Of a DNA stretch of 64,000 nucleotides, positions 39,645 to 48,704 are shown piece after piece; position 1 is the first letter of the stretch; the number at the start of each line of letters is the position of its first letter. Under the pieces are notes generated by a model. It saw nothing but the letters and a program-made list of their open reading frames with translations, was not told the origin of the DNA and made no database searches. The DNA is from Pyrinomonadaceae bacterium. GTDB taxonomy: Bacteria > Acidobacteriota > Blastocatellia > Pyrinomonadales > Pyrinomonadaceae. The stretch is from positions 256,001-320,000 of the forward strand of contig JBKBYA010000001.1 in the NCBI GenBank assembly GCA_046313635.1. Direction: 5' to 3'. Both the position numbers and the translations under genes were made by a program.

Positions 39645-40253
39645 CTATTCGCTTTTAGGAATTGCAGCGCCTTTGAGGACCTCGACGTTTTGCGAGGTCC
39701 TTTGCACTTTGCGCGGGTCGAATCCCATCGCCTCGGCCCGGCGGAGCAGCTCTTGGTATCGCGCGTCGCTCATCTGCGGCTCGCGGCTCAGTATCCAGAA
39801 ATGCTCGCGGTCGGGGTCGCCGATGACGGCGTACTCATAATTCTTGCCGAGGTCGACGATCCAGTAGTCGCCCCAAACGAATGGCAGCCACGAGAGTGCC
39901 GGCGGTGCAAAGCGGACCTTGAGCCTGGCGTTTGTCGCCTTGTCCGCGACCTTCGCCTCGCCGACCGCCGTCTCGAGCCTGCCGTCGCGCCTTATGCACT
40001 CGTTGGTGACCTCGATCCGGCCGTTGTCTTTTATCCGGTAAGCCGCGGTGACGTTGCCGGCGCACTGCTTTTGAAAGCGGTTTGGATAGCGCGCGATCTC
40101 GTACCATCGGCCCGAATAGCGCTTGAGATCGACCGACGCAACGGTCGCGAGCGGCCGCTCGGATCTATTGGTTTGGGCCGGCACGCCGATGCTCATCATC
40201 GTCGCCGCGACGACCACCGCTAACGGCATAATGCCTTTCTTGCACGTCTTCAT
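39645..40253 (-). CDS. blc: bacterial lipocalin
   Basis: VDLKRYSGRWYEIARYP, GDYWIV and WILSR. Confidence 0.9.
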   Translation of the reverse strand: MKTCKKGIMPLAVVVAATMMSIGVPAQTNRSERPLATVASVDLKRYSGRWYEIARYPNRFQKQCAGNVTAAYRIKDNGRIEVTNECIRRDGRLETAVGEAKVADKATNARLKVRFAPPALSWLPFVWGDYWIVDLGKNYEYAVIGDPDREHFWILSREPQMSDARYQELLRRAEAMGFDPRKVQRTSQNVEVLKGAAIPKSE

Positions 40254-40374
40254 CTTTGATCAAAGCTCCCGACTCCCGTGAGTCAATACAGCACTTCGCC
40301 CTGACGGGCCGAATGGTTTTTTGGATATAATCTATCTGTATCAAAATCACTTTTAATTTTTACGAACAAGATCT

Positions 40375-40662
40375 ATGCCTATTTACGAGTACAAGTGCAA
40401 AAGCTGCGAATCACATTTTGAGACGAGACAAAAGGTATCTGACGAGCCGCTCAAGGTATGCGAGAGCTGCGGCGGCGAGCTCGAAAAGCAATGGTCGCGG
40501 ACGGGCTTTCAATTCAAGGGCGACGGCTGGTACGTGACCGACTATGCCGGCAAGGGCAAGTCGAACGGAACTTCTTCGTCCGGCGAATCAACCGGCGGCT
40601 CGGATGCTGCATCAAAGGCTGCAGGTGAATCGAGCGGCTCGGCTTCGTCAAAGGGTGATTAA
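40375..40662 (+). CDS. FmdB-family zinc-ribbon protein
   Basis: MPIYEYKCKSC...CESCG...FKGDGWYVTDY. Confidence 0.92.
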   Translation: MPIYEYKCKSCESHFETRQKVSDEPLKVCESCGGELEKQWSRTGFQFKGDGWYVTDYAGKGKSNGTSSSGESTGGSDAASKAAGESSGSASSKGD

Positions 40663-41584
40663 GACCTCTAACATTCAAGAACGACATTACGCGGCCGTCC
40701 GTCTGTTGGCGGCCGTCGTGGTCTTTGTATGCGCGTCCGCTGCGGCCGCGCAGTCGGGCCGCAGCTCGCGCGGCATCGACAGCGAGGGCGCGATCCTCAA
40801 CCTCACGGCGTTTCGGACGGACGGCAAGAGCGAGCCGCTGCGGATGGAGAATTTTTTCCTCTACGAGAACGGCATCGAGCAAAAGATCAAAAGTTTCGGA
40901 GTTGACCCTTCGCCGTCGCGGATCGTCTTGCTCGTAGACAACTCGCAGACGCTGCCGACCGACGTCGAAAAGATGAAGCGGGCGGTGATGGAATTTGCCT
41001 ACGAGATCTTTGACGGCGACCAGCTCTTTGTCATCGCCTACGACGAAAAGCCCGAGATCATCCAGGAGTGGACCGACGACGCCAAAAAGCTCGAGACATC
41101 GCTCGCGACGTTTCGCAAAAAAGGCAATCCGTACCTGTTTGACGCCCTCAACGCAAGCGTCGGCGAGGTGCTCCTGCCGCTGATGCCCGGCACGCGCAAG
41201 ACGGCGGTCGTCGTGATCGGCGACGGCCTCGACCGCGGCAGCAGGACGACATTCGACAAGACGCTCAACCAGCTGCAGGCGCAGAATGTCACGGTCTATT
41301 GGCTCCGCATCCCCGACCGCACCGGCGGCGCATATCGCCGCAACCAGCCGAAACCCTCGGCGATCATCGACCAGCTCACAGAAGGCACGGGCGGCAAGGC
41401 CTTTGACTTTGAGAACGCGCAAGAGGCCGCCAAAGCAATCTGCGACGAGCTTCGAAAGAATCGATATTTCCTCTCTTACGTCCCGACCAACGCCTCGTCC
41501 TACGACGCCCGCCGCATCTTCGTGGTCGCCGACGAGGGCATCAGCGTCCGCACCAAAACGGCGCAGCCGCCGAATGTGAAGTAG
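40655..41584 (+). CDS. VWA-domain protein (Acidobacterial VWFA-related type)
   Basis: Signal peptide, LYENGIEQKI, LLVDNSQT MIDAS-like motif, IGDGLD, TGG. The GTG start overlaps the upstream stop. Confidence 0.85.
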   Translation: MIKTSNIQERHYAAVRLLAAVVVFVCASAAAAQSGRSSRGIDSEGAILNLTAFRTDGKSEPLRMENFFLYENGIEQKIKSFGVDPSPSRIVLLVDNSQTLPTDVEKMKRAVMEFAYEIFDGDQLFVIAYDEKPEIIQEWTDDAKKLETSLATFRKKGNPYLFDALNASVGEVLLPLMPGTRKTAVVVIGDGLDRGSRTTFDKTLNQLQAQNVTVYWLRIPDRTGGAYRRNQPKPSAIIDQLTEGTGGKAFDFENAQEAAKAICDELRKNRYFLSYVPTNASSYDARRIFVVADEGISVRTKTAQPPNVK

Positions 41585-41585
41585 C

Positions 41586-41638
41586 TGAGATGCAGAGAAA
41601 GTGAGATGCGGAGAAAATGAGACGCGGAGATGGGAGAG
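41586..41638 (+). repeat. short 8/16-nt periodic repeat (TGAGATGCGGAGAAA)
   Basis: Three imperfect copies between convergent genes. Confidence 0.65.
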
Positions 41639-41647
41639 CTCTGTGGC

Positions 41648-42493
41648 TCACACCGCGACCGGCGCCGCGATCTTGCCGTGGGACTGGTAGTTGTCCAATT
41701 TCAAATTCTCAAACTTGAAATTCAAAAGTCCGTCGAGGCCTTTTAGCTCGCGGGCGTTGACGAGCTCGAGCGTCGGCAGCGGCAGCGGCTCGCGCGAGAG
41801 GAGCTCGTCGACCTGCTCGAGATGATTCGAGTAGATGTGCAGATCGCCGAATGTGTGGATGAAGTCGCCTACCTCCAGATCGCAGACGTGCGCGACCAAA
41901 TGCGTCAGCAGCGCGTAGCTCGAGATGTTGAAGGGAACGCCGAGAAACGCGTCGGCCGAGCGTTGATAGAGCTGGCAGTGCAAAACGCGCTCGTTCTCAA
42001 CCTTGAATTGAAACAGCGTGTGACACGGCGGCAGTGCGACGTCGTCGCAGGTCTCCGGATTCCAGCCCGTTACGATCAGGCGGCGTGAATTCGGGTTACT
42101 CTCGATCTCGCGAATCAATCTTGCGATCTGGTCGACGCCGTTCATCTGAGGGTACTCGCCGCCGAATGAGCGCCAGAGATATCCGTAAACCGGCCCGAGA
42201 TCGCCCTCGCTTCGCCCGAAGCGCGCCGTCTGCTCCGCGGTCGCCCATTCCTGCCAGATATCGACGCCGCGAGCCCGCAGATCGGCTTCGTCGGTCGAGC
42301 CGCTAAGAAACCAAAACAGCTCCTCCGCAACCCAGCGAAACGGCACACGCTTGGTCGTCACGATCGGAAACCCTTGCCTGAGATCGAACCGCGTCTGATA
42401 CCCAAACGCCGAGATCGTCCCGACACCGGTGCGATCCTCGTGACGAGTGCCTTTATCCAAAATGTGACGAAGAAGGTCGTGGTACTGACGCAT
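41648..42493 (-). CDS. thyA: thymidylate synthase
   Basis: [35 protein letters not shown] and HIYSNH. Confidence 0.97.
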   Translation of the reverse strand: MRQYHDLLRHILDKGTRHEDRTGVGTISAFGYQTRFDLRQGFPIVTTKRVPFRWVAEELFWFLSGSTDEADLRARGVDIWQEWATAEQTARFGRSEGDLGPVYGYLWRSFGGEYPQMNGVDQIARLIREIESNPNSRRLIVTGWNPETCDDVALPPCHTLFQFKVENERVLHCQLYQRSADAFLGVPFNISSYALLTHLVAHVCDLEVGDFIHTFGDLHIYSNHLEQVDELLSREPLPLPTLELVNARELKGLDGLLNFKFENLKLDNYQSHGKIAAPVAV

Positions 42494-42503
42494 GGCTAGG
42501 GAG

Positions 42504-42746
42504 AATGGTAAATGGTAAATGGTAAATGGTGAAGTGTGAGTGGTGAGGTGTGAAAGGTGAGTTGAACGGTAAATGACAAACGGTAAATGGTAAACGGAAA
42601 ATGGTAGATCGGTGTGATGACCTGTGAATACGAGCGGTGAATGATAGACGCTCTTCTCGCCGCGCAAGCATTTACCGTTTACCATTTACCGCTCACCGTT
42701 ACTGCCTGATTTACTATTCCCGATTCACGATTTACCATTTACCACT
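42504..42746. repeat. inverted pair of heptamer arrays (AAATGGT)n/(ACCATTT)n
   Basis: Left arm ~42504-42605 and right arm ~42670-42746, between divergent genes. Confidence 0.85.
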
Positions 42747-42747
42747 T

Positions 42748-43236
42748 ATGCTGGAGGTCAGCTTTAACTCACCCCAATGCGGATGGATGTCGATCGGTTT
42801 CGATGACGGGCGGAACGAGTTTCACACGACGACCGCGCACGCGCCGCACGCAAACGCTCTACCCGAATTGCTGCGCATCCTGACCGATATCGCGACGAAA
42901 GGCAGAAACCCGACCGGCAGGGAGGGTGTCGGCCCAGAAGAGTACGTACTTCGGTGGAACCGCGACCCGGAGGAGTTCGATTTTCGCTTCGTGCGCAGCG
43001 AGGGCGGCAGTGTTCTCTTCGAGGTCTACCAGTACGCGAGCGAGGAACGCGACCTCGCGACACGCGAGCTTGTCTTCACGCATCTCGGCGATGTGCGAGA
43101 GCTCTGCAGTGCGTTCGCCGAGACCTTCGAGCGGTTGTACGCCGACCGCGAGACCGACGAGTTCGAATTCAACTGGCGCCAGCCGTTTCCGTACCTCGAG
43201 TTCGAAGAATTCAAAAGCGCTGTTAACCGCGGATAA
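42748..43236 (+). CDS. hypothetical protein
   Basis: ATG at 42748, host-like codon usage; no family recognised. Confidence 0.7.
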   Translation: MLEVSFNSPQCGWMSIGFDDGRNEFHTTTAHAPHANALPELLRILTDIATKGRNPTGREGVGPEEYVLRWNRDPEEFDFRFVRSEGGSVLFEVYQYASEERDLATRELVFTHLGDVRELCSAFAETFERLYADRETDEFEFNWRQPFPYLEFEEFKSAVNRG

Positions 43237-43313
43237 CGCGGATGACGCAGATAAGAAACCAGATGAGCCAGTCCCTTTTAGTGATCTGCGCTATCTGCGT
43301 CATCCGCGGTTAA
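43223..43313. repeat. inverted pair of 9-mer arrays (ACGCGGATA-like)
   Basis: ttaaccgcggataacgcggatgacgcagat ... atctgcgctatctgcgtcatccgcggttaa. Confidence 0.85.
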
Positions 43314-43319
43314 AGATCG

Positions 43320-44315
43320 ATGAAAGAAAGACTTTTAGACCTGCTCGCCTGTCCGACCTGCGGCGGCGATATCAACCTCTCGTACGCGAGCAAGTACGAG
43401 GGCCGCGAGATAATCGACGGCGTGCTCAACTGCCAGAAGTGCTCGCGCGAGTATAAGGTCGTGCGCGGCGTGCCGCGGTTTGCCGACCTCGGCAAGATCG
43501 AGGAGGACAAGGCCGCGACGGCCGAGAACTTCGGCTGGCAGTGGACCAACTTCACGCAGGAGGACGAGAAGTACGCGGATCAGTTTCTCGGCTGGCTGCA
43601 GCCGGTGAAGCCGGAATTCTTTAAGGACAAGATCGTCCTCGAGGGCGGCTGCGGCAAGGGTCGTCATACGAAGCTCGCCGCCGAATGGGGAGCGAAAGAG
43701 ATCGTCGGCATCGATCTCGGCGCGGGAGTCGAATCTGCATTTCAGCTCACGCGCGACCTGCCGAATGCGCATATCATCCAGTGCGACATCTTTAAGCTCC
43801 CGCTCAAACGGGCGTTCGACTACGCCTTCAGCGTCGGCGTGCTGCACCACACGCCCGACCCAAAGCGTGCCTTTCTCTCGCTCGCTTCAAAGGTCAAAAA
43901 AGGCGGTCACATCTCGGCCTGGATCTACGGTGCCGAGAACAACGAGTGGATCACAAAATACGTCGACCCGATCCGCACCGGCTTTACATCGCGGATCAGC
44001 CAGCCGCTGCTCTACCAGCTCTCAAAGCTGCCGACCTTGAGCCTCTTTCTCGGCACAAAGCTCGTCTATCGGCCGGCCAACATCCTCGCCAAGCCGCTCG
44101 CACGGCATCTCTTTTACAACGACTATCTGAATCACCTCGCCGACTTTGGCTGGCGCGAGCAGCACAATATCGTGTTTGACCATCTCGTAGCGCCGACGGC
44201 CTTTTACATCTCGCGGCCGGATTTTGAAGAGTGGTGGAAAGAGATCGACGCGCAGGACGTCGAGATCACCTGGCACAACCAGAACAGCTGGTGCGGATTT
44301 GGGAAGGTCGTTTGA
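43320..44315 (+). CDS. class I SAM methyltransferase with N-terminal Trm112-like zinc module
   Basis: LLDLLACPTC...LNCQKC...GVPRF, then VLEGGCGKG and SVGVLHHTPDP. Confidence 0.9.
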   Translation: MKERLLDLLACPTCGGDINLSYASKYEGREIIDGVLNCQKCSREYKVVRGVPRFADLGKIEEDKAATAENFGWQWTNFTQEDEKYADQFLGWLQPVKPEFFKDKIVLEGGCGKGRHTKLAAEWGAKEIVGIDLGAGVESAFQLTRDLPNAHIIQCDIFKLPLKRAFDYAFSVGVLHHTPDPKRAFLSLASKVKKGGHISAWIYGAENNEWITKYVDPIRTGFTSRISQPLLYQLSKLPTLSLFLGTKLVYRPANILAKPLARHLFYNDYLNHLADFGWREQHNIVFDHLVAPTAFYISRPDFEEWWKEIDAQDVEITWHNQNSWCGFGKVV

Positions 44316-44331
44316 ACCGCAGGGAAAAGGC

Positions 44332-44413
44332 AGCCACAGATGAACTCAGATGGACACGGATAAGAAGATAATTTCTTGCTTCCATCTGAGTTCGTCTGTG
44401 TTTATCTGTGGTT
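44332..44413. repeat. inverted pair of 9-mer arrays (ACAGATGAA-like)
   Basis: ccacagatgaactcagatggacacggat ... catctgagttcgtctgtgtttatctgtgg. Confidence 0.85.
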
Positions 44414-44446
44414 TAGGCCTTTCCGAGTCTGCTTGGAGTTCAGTTG

Positions 44447-45091
44447 ATGAAATTCGGACACGGCATTCAGGATAAATACCGCGATTCGATCAAGCGTGCG
44501 TTCAACACGATCCACGAATTCGGCAGCGATTCGCACCGCGAGGTCGTCGAGCTGATACTCGAATCGAATATGCTCATCCGCGTCGAGCCTGTCAGTAAGA
44601 TCAACGCCTCTGGCGTGACGGGTCTGATCGATGCGGGCGACACGAATGACCGGATCGCCGACGAGCGTCTGAGCGTGCGCGAGGCGTTTGACGAGATCTA
44701 CATCGCGATCGCCGAAGAGACTATCGACACCGGCGGGCAGCGCGGCTGCGAGGGGACATTTGTGCACGAGGGACAGCACGCTTTGGATTTTGCGCGCACC
44801 ATAGCGAGCTTTTCCGACGCTGACTATCATCCGCTGAGCGTCTTTGACCCGACGCTGTACGAGCTCGAATGGGCGGCTCACGTTACGTCTGGCGAATATA
44901 TGCTCCGCGTCGCGCGTAACGAGTACATCGCCGAGGGACTCGATCTGCTCATCCTCGGCCGCGCCGCTTCGGGTGGCTGCTTTTTGAATCACGAAGGCAT
45001 CCGCGCACGCCTCCGCGACAACTACGGTCTCGATCCCGAGACCAAACCGGGCAAGCTCGCAAGCGAGCTGCTCGGCCTCAGGCCGAAGTAA
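44447..45091 (+). CDS. hypothetical protein with HExxH motif (possible zincin)
   Basis: FVHEGQHA with a downstream ELEWAAH; no signal peptide. Confidence 0.7.
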   Translation: MKFGHGIQDKYRDSIKRAFNTIHEFGSDSHREVVELILESNMLIRVEPVSKINASGVTGLIDAGDTNDRIADERLSVREAFDEIYIAIAEETIDTGGQRGCEGTFVHEGQHALDFARTIASFSDADYHPLSVFDPTLYELEWAAHVTSGEYMLRVARNEYIAEGLDLLILGRAASGGCFLNHEGIRARLRDNYGLDPETKPGKLASELLGLRPK

Positions 45092-45100
45092 CGGCAGGAG

Positions 45101-45206
45101 GCAGAACACAGAAATCAGAAGTCAGAAGTCAGAAATCAGAAATCGGAAATCAGGACAAGAGGTTCGGGCCCCAAGTTCTGTGTTTTGAATTCTGTCTTCT
45201 GAATTC
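45101..45206. repeat. inverted pair of heptamer arrays (CAGAAAT/CAGAAGT)n/(TTCTG..)n
   Basis: cagaaatcagaagtcagaagtcagaaatcagaaat ... ttctgtgttttgaattctgtcttctgaattct. Confidence 0.8.
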
Positions 45207-45259
45207 TAGGCTCGCACACTCGCTACCGCTCGTGTTTCTGCCTTTTGTGGCAAACTAGT

Positions 45260-46039
45260 ATGCGTATGAATACCACCCTTCCGCAGGAGATGCAGCAGCA
45301 CACCTACGCCATCATGGACGAGGTCGAAGGCTCGCATTGGTGGTTCGTCGGCCGGCGGGCGATCCTCGAGACCTTCCTGCGGCAGATAATCCAAAATCCA
45401 AAATCTAAAATCCAAAATCCAAAGATTCTGGACGTCGGCTGCGGCACGGGCGCGAATCTGGAAATGCTCAAGCAGTTTGGCGAGGCCGAGGGCGTTGACG
45501 TCTCGGATGATGCCCTTGAGTTTTGCAGACGAAAGGGTCTGAAGGTGCAGAAAGGTCTTGCCGAGCGCTTGCCTTTCGACGACGAGACATTCGACCTGAC
45601 GACCGCGCTCGACGTGGTCGAGCATCTTGACGATGATGTCGCCGGATTGAAAGAGATGTTTCGCGTGACTAGGAGTGGCGGCTACTCGCTCGTCTTCGTC
45701 CCGGCATTTATGTGGCTCTGGGGTGTACAGGACGACGTCTCGAATCACCGCATCCGCTACACCAAACGGCAGATCGTCGAGCGTCTCGAAAAGGCCGGCT
45801 ACACTATCGAACGCGCGACCTACGCCAACTGGACGTTCTTTGCCCCGATCCTCGCCGGCCGCACGCTGATGAAGCTGACGGGCATCAAGCCCGAGTCCGA
45901 AAACAACGTCAACATCTCGGCGCTCAACGGCATTTTCGGCAAGCTCTTCGCGTCCGAAAGTCTCTGGCTCAAGAAATTCAATTTCCCCTTCGGCGTCTCG
46001 ATAGTCGTCGTCGCCAAAAAGTCAGGACCGCCTTCCTAA
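45260..46039 (+). CDS. class I SAM methyltransferase (Methyltransf_11-like)
   Basis: HWWFVGRR, ILDVGCGTG, LPFDDETFD, DVVEH and H.IRY. Start may be a few codons later. Confidence 0.9.
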   Translation: MRMNTTLPQEMQQHTYAIMDEVEGSHWWFVGRRAILETFLRQIIQNPKSKIQNPKILDVGCGTGANLEMLKQFGEAEGVDVSDDALEFCRRKGLKVQKGLAERLPFDDETFDLTTALDVVEHLDDDVAGLKEMFRVTRSGGYSLVFVPAFMWLWGVQDDVSNHRIRYTKRQIVERLEKAGYTIERATYANWTFFAPILAGRTLMKLTGIKPESENNVNISALNGIFGKLFASESLWLKKFNFPFGVSIVVVAKKSGPPS

Positions 46040-46174
46040 TGCGGATTGCGGAATGCGGATCTCGGAATGAAAACAAGCGTCGTCTAGTTACTGTCGCCCA
46101 TTCGGATCCGCCGAACTGGCCCGCCGCTTGTGGCGGGTTCCGACCGGAATCACAGCCCCCGCTTAGAGGAAGCT

Positions 46175-46543
46175 ATGGAACCCGACCCGTCCGATTTTTA
46201 CTGCGTCGAGGTGCTCAGCGGCCGAACGCCTGTCGAGCGCGTTTACGAGACCGACAACGTCCTGGCCTATCACCACACGCGGCCATTCTGGGAGACGCAC
46301 ATCGTCGTCATCCCCAAGCGGCACATCTCGTCGCTGCTGGCTTTGGACGAATCTGATCGAGACGTATTGCTGGAGCTTTTCGACGTGATCAAAAAGGTCG
46401 CGGCCGACGTCGTCGCCGAACGCGGAGCCGCGCGCGTGCTGACAAATCTCGGCGACTACCAGGAATCAAAGCATCTGCACTTTCACGTCAACTCGGGCGA
46501 GCAGGTCCGACCCGATCAGTTCAGCGTTCACCTCACGATGTGA
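46175..46543 (+). CDS. HIT-family nucleotide hydrolase
   Basis: HIVVIPKRH and HLHFHV histidine triad. Confidence 0.9.
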   Translation: MEPDPSDFYCVEVLSGRTPVERVYETDNVLAYHHTRPFWETHIVVIPKRHISSLLALDESDRDVLLELFDVIKKVAADVVAERGAARVLTNLGDYQESKHLHFHVNSGEQVRPDQFSVHLTM

Positions 46544-47588
46544 AGTGGCTGCGCGTCTCGAATACCTTTCCGTCGGGAAACTGCGCATTCGTCACTGCAA
46601 AACTGAAGCCCTTTTGTATCGCAAAGCCGCCGATCTCGCCGCGCTTTGAGATCGCGACAAAGCCGACCTGAAATTCCTTCGCCTTGGCCGGGTCACGCTT
46701 GACGATTCGCCTCACGGCCTCGCGGCAGGCCTGCTCGGGCGTGCGGCCGAAACGCATCTGCTCGATTACGGTATGCGTGCCGCAGATGCGGATGACCTCT
46801 TCGCCGACGCCGGAGCTCACCGCCGCGCCGACCTCGTTGTCGACAAAAAGTCCCGCCCCGATTATCGGCGAATCGCCGACGCGGCCGTGCATCTTAAATG
46901 CCATTCCGCTGGTCGTCACCATTCCCGAGAGGTCGCCTCCAGCGTCCATCGCGACCGTGCCCATCGTGTCGTGATTTGCGCGGCCGTCGTCGAAGAAGTA
47001 CGGCGGTGCGATCTGCAAAACCTCGCCGCGGGAGCGTTTGTTCTCTATGTTGATGACCGGTTTGTAATTCGACTTTTTGAGCCAGTTTTCCCACTCTTTG
47101 CGGGCGTCGGGTGAGAGCTCACCGGATTCGAGCGGGAAGCCGCTTTCGACGGCGAATCGCCTTGCACCCTCGCCCGAGAGCATCACGTGCGGCGTCGTCT
47201 CCATCACCTTTCGCGCGACAGAGACGGGATGCTTGATGCGATCGAGGAATGAAACTGCGCCGATATTCGCGCGTTCGTCCATGATGCACGAGTCGAGCGT
47301 GACGACGCCGTCACGGTCGGGATACGCACCGAGTCCGACGCAGCAGCTCATTTCGTCCTCGGCGGCGCGGCCCGCGGCCTCGACAGCGTCGAGCGCACGG
47401 CCGCCTTTTGAAAGCGTCGGCCAGCCCCCGGCGTTTGCGCGAATGCCGCTGTCCCAGGTCGAGACGATGACGGGCCACTTAACCCGCGCGGTCGAGCGGA
47501 CCTCGAATTTTTGCTGTCCAAACGCGCGGCCCGCGGCCAGCAGCGGCAGACCTATCAGCGGCAACTCCAAAAAGCGGCGACGATCCAT
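46533..47588 (-). CDS. glycosylasparaginase / isoaspartyl peptidase (Ntn hydrolase), Tat-exported
   Basis: MDRRRFL Tat signal, HD-TMG autoproteolysis site, TTSGMAFKMHGRVGDSPIIGAG. Confidence 0.92.
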   Translation of the reverse strand: MDRRRFLELPLIGLPLLAAGRAFGQQKFEVRSTARVKWPVIVSTWDSGIRANAGGWPTLSKGGRALDAVEAAGRAAEDEMSCCVGLGAYPDRDGVVTLDSCIMDERANIGAVSFLDRIKHPVSVARKVMETTPHVMLSGEGARRFAVESGFPLESGELSPDARKEWENWLKKSNYKPVINIENKRSRGEVLQIAPPYFFDDGRANHDTMGTVAMDAGGDLSGMVTTSGMAFKMHGRVGDSPIIGAGLFVDNEVGAAVSSGVGEEVIRICGTHTVIEQMRFGRTPEQACREAVRRIVKRDPAKAKEFQVGFVAISKRGEIGGFAIQKGFSFAVTNAQFPDGKVFETRSHFTS

Positions 47589-47709
47589 AATGTGTTTTGT
47601 TCTCCGAGGGCGAAAGCGATCTGGGAGATTATAGCCCGCGGCCGGCTCTTACCTGCTGTATTTTTCGGCATAGAAAGACTAAATTATAAACCTTGCCTCG
47701 TGCCTTGCG

Positions 47710-48699
47710 ATGGACTCAATAGACAACAAGACAGACGCCGCGCCGCAGATATCGCTCTTCTTGCCCGTGCTCGACGAAGAGGAGAATCTTCGCCCGATGC
47801 ACGCAAAGATCCAGGCCGCGCTCGACTCGCTCGGCCGGACCGCGGAGGTGATCTATGTCGACGACGGCTCGACCGACAACTCGCTCAAGATCTTGAAAGA
47901 GCTCGCGGCCGAGGACCAGCGCGTCCGCGTGATCTCGCTTCGCCGGAATTACGGCCAGACCGCCGCGATGTCCGCCGGCATCGACGCCGCTCGCGGCGAG
48001 ATCCTGATCCCGATGGACGCCGACCTGCAGAATGACCCGGCCGACATCGCTCGCTTGCTCGAAAAGCTCGACGAAGGCTACGACGTCGTCTCCGGCTGGC
48101 GCAAGAATCGCCAGGACAAGCTCATCTCGCGCAAGATCCCTTCGCAGATCGCCAACAAGATCATTTCAAAGATCGGCGACGTCCACCTGCACGACTACGG
48201 CTGCTCGCTCAAGGCCTACCGCCGCGACGTGCTCAAGGACGTGCGGCTCTACGGCGAGATGCACCGCTTCATTCCGATCTACGCCTCTTGGGCCGGAGCC
48301 CGCGTGACCGAGATACCGGTCGATCACCACGCCCGCACGGCCGGTAAATCGAAGTACGGAATTTCGCGGACGGTCAAAGTGATCTTTGACCTGATCACGA
48401 TCAAGTTCATGGCCGAGTATCACACGAAGCCGCTTTATGTCTTTGGCGCGTTCGGGATGATCGCATTCATCATCTCGATGCTCGCCGGGCTGTGGGCGAT
48501 CTTTCTCAAGCTCTACTACGGCACGTCGTTCATCCTCACGCCGCTGCCGATCATCGCGATCGTGATGCTGGCGATCTCGGTGCAGTTCTTCCTGATGGGT
48601 TTGCTGGCTGAGCTGCTTGTTCGCACGTACCACGAGTCGCAGGACAAGGCGATCTATGCGGTAAGAGAACGGATCGGCTTCAAGAACGATTTAAACTGA
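47710..48699 (+). CDS. GT2 glycosyltransferase (polyprenol-phosphate sugar synthase, ArnC/DPM1-like)
   Basis: VDDGSTD, RRNYGQTAA, MDADLQNDP and two C-terminal TM helices. Confidence 0.93.
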   Translation: MDSIDNKTDAAPQISLFLPVLDEEENLRPMHAKIQAALDSLGRTAEVIYVDDGSTDNSLKILKELAAEDQRVRVISLRRNYGQTAAMSAGIDAARGEILIPMDADLQNDPADIARLLEKLDEGYDVVSGWRKNRQDKLISRKIPSQIANKIISKIGDVHLHDYGCSLKAYRRDVLKDVRLYGEMHRFIPIYASWAGARVTEIPVDHHARTAGKSKYGISRTVKVIFDLITIKFMAEYHTKPLYVFGAFGMIAFIISMLAGLWAIFLKLYYGTSFILTPLPIIAIVMLAISVQFFLMGLLAELLVRTYHESQDKAIYAVRERIGFKNDLN

Positions 48700-48704
48700 T
48701 CCTA

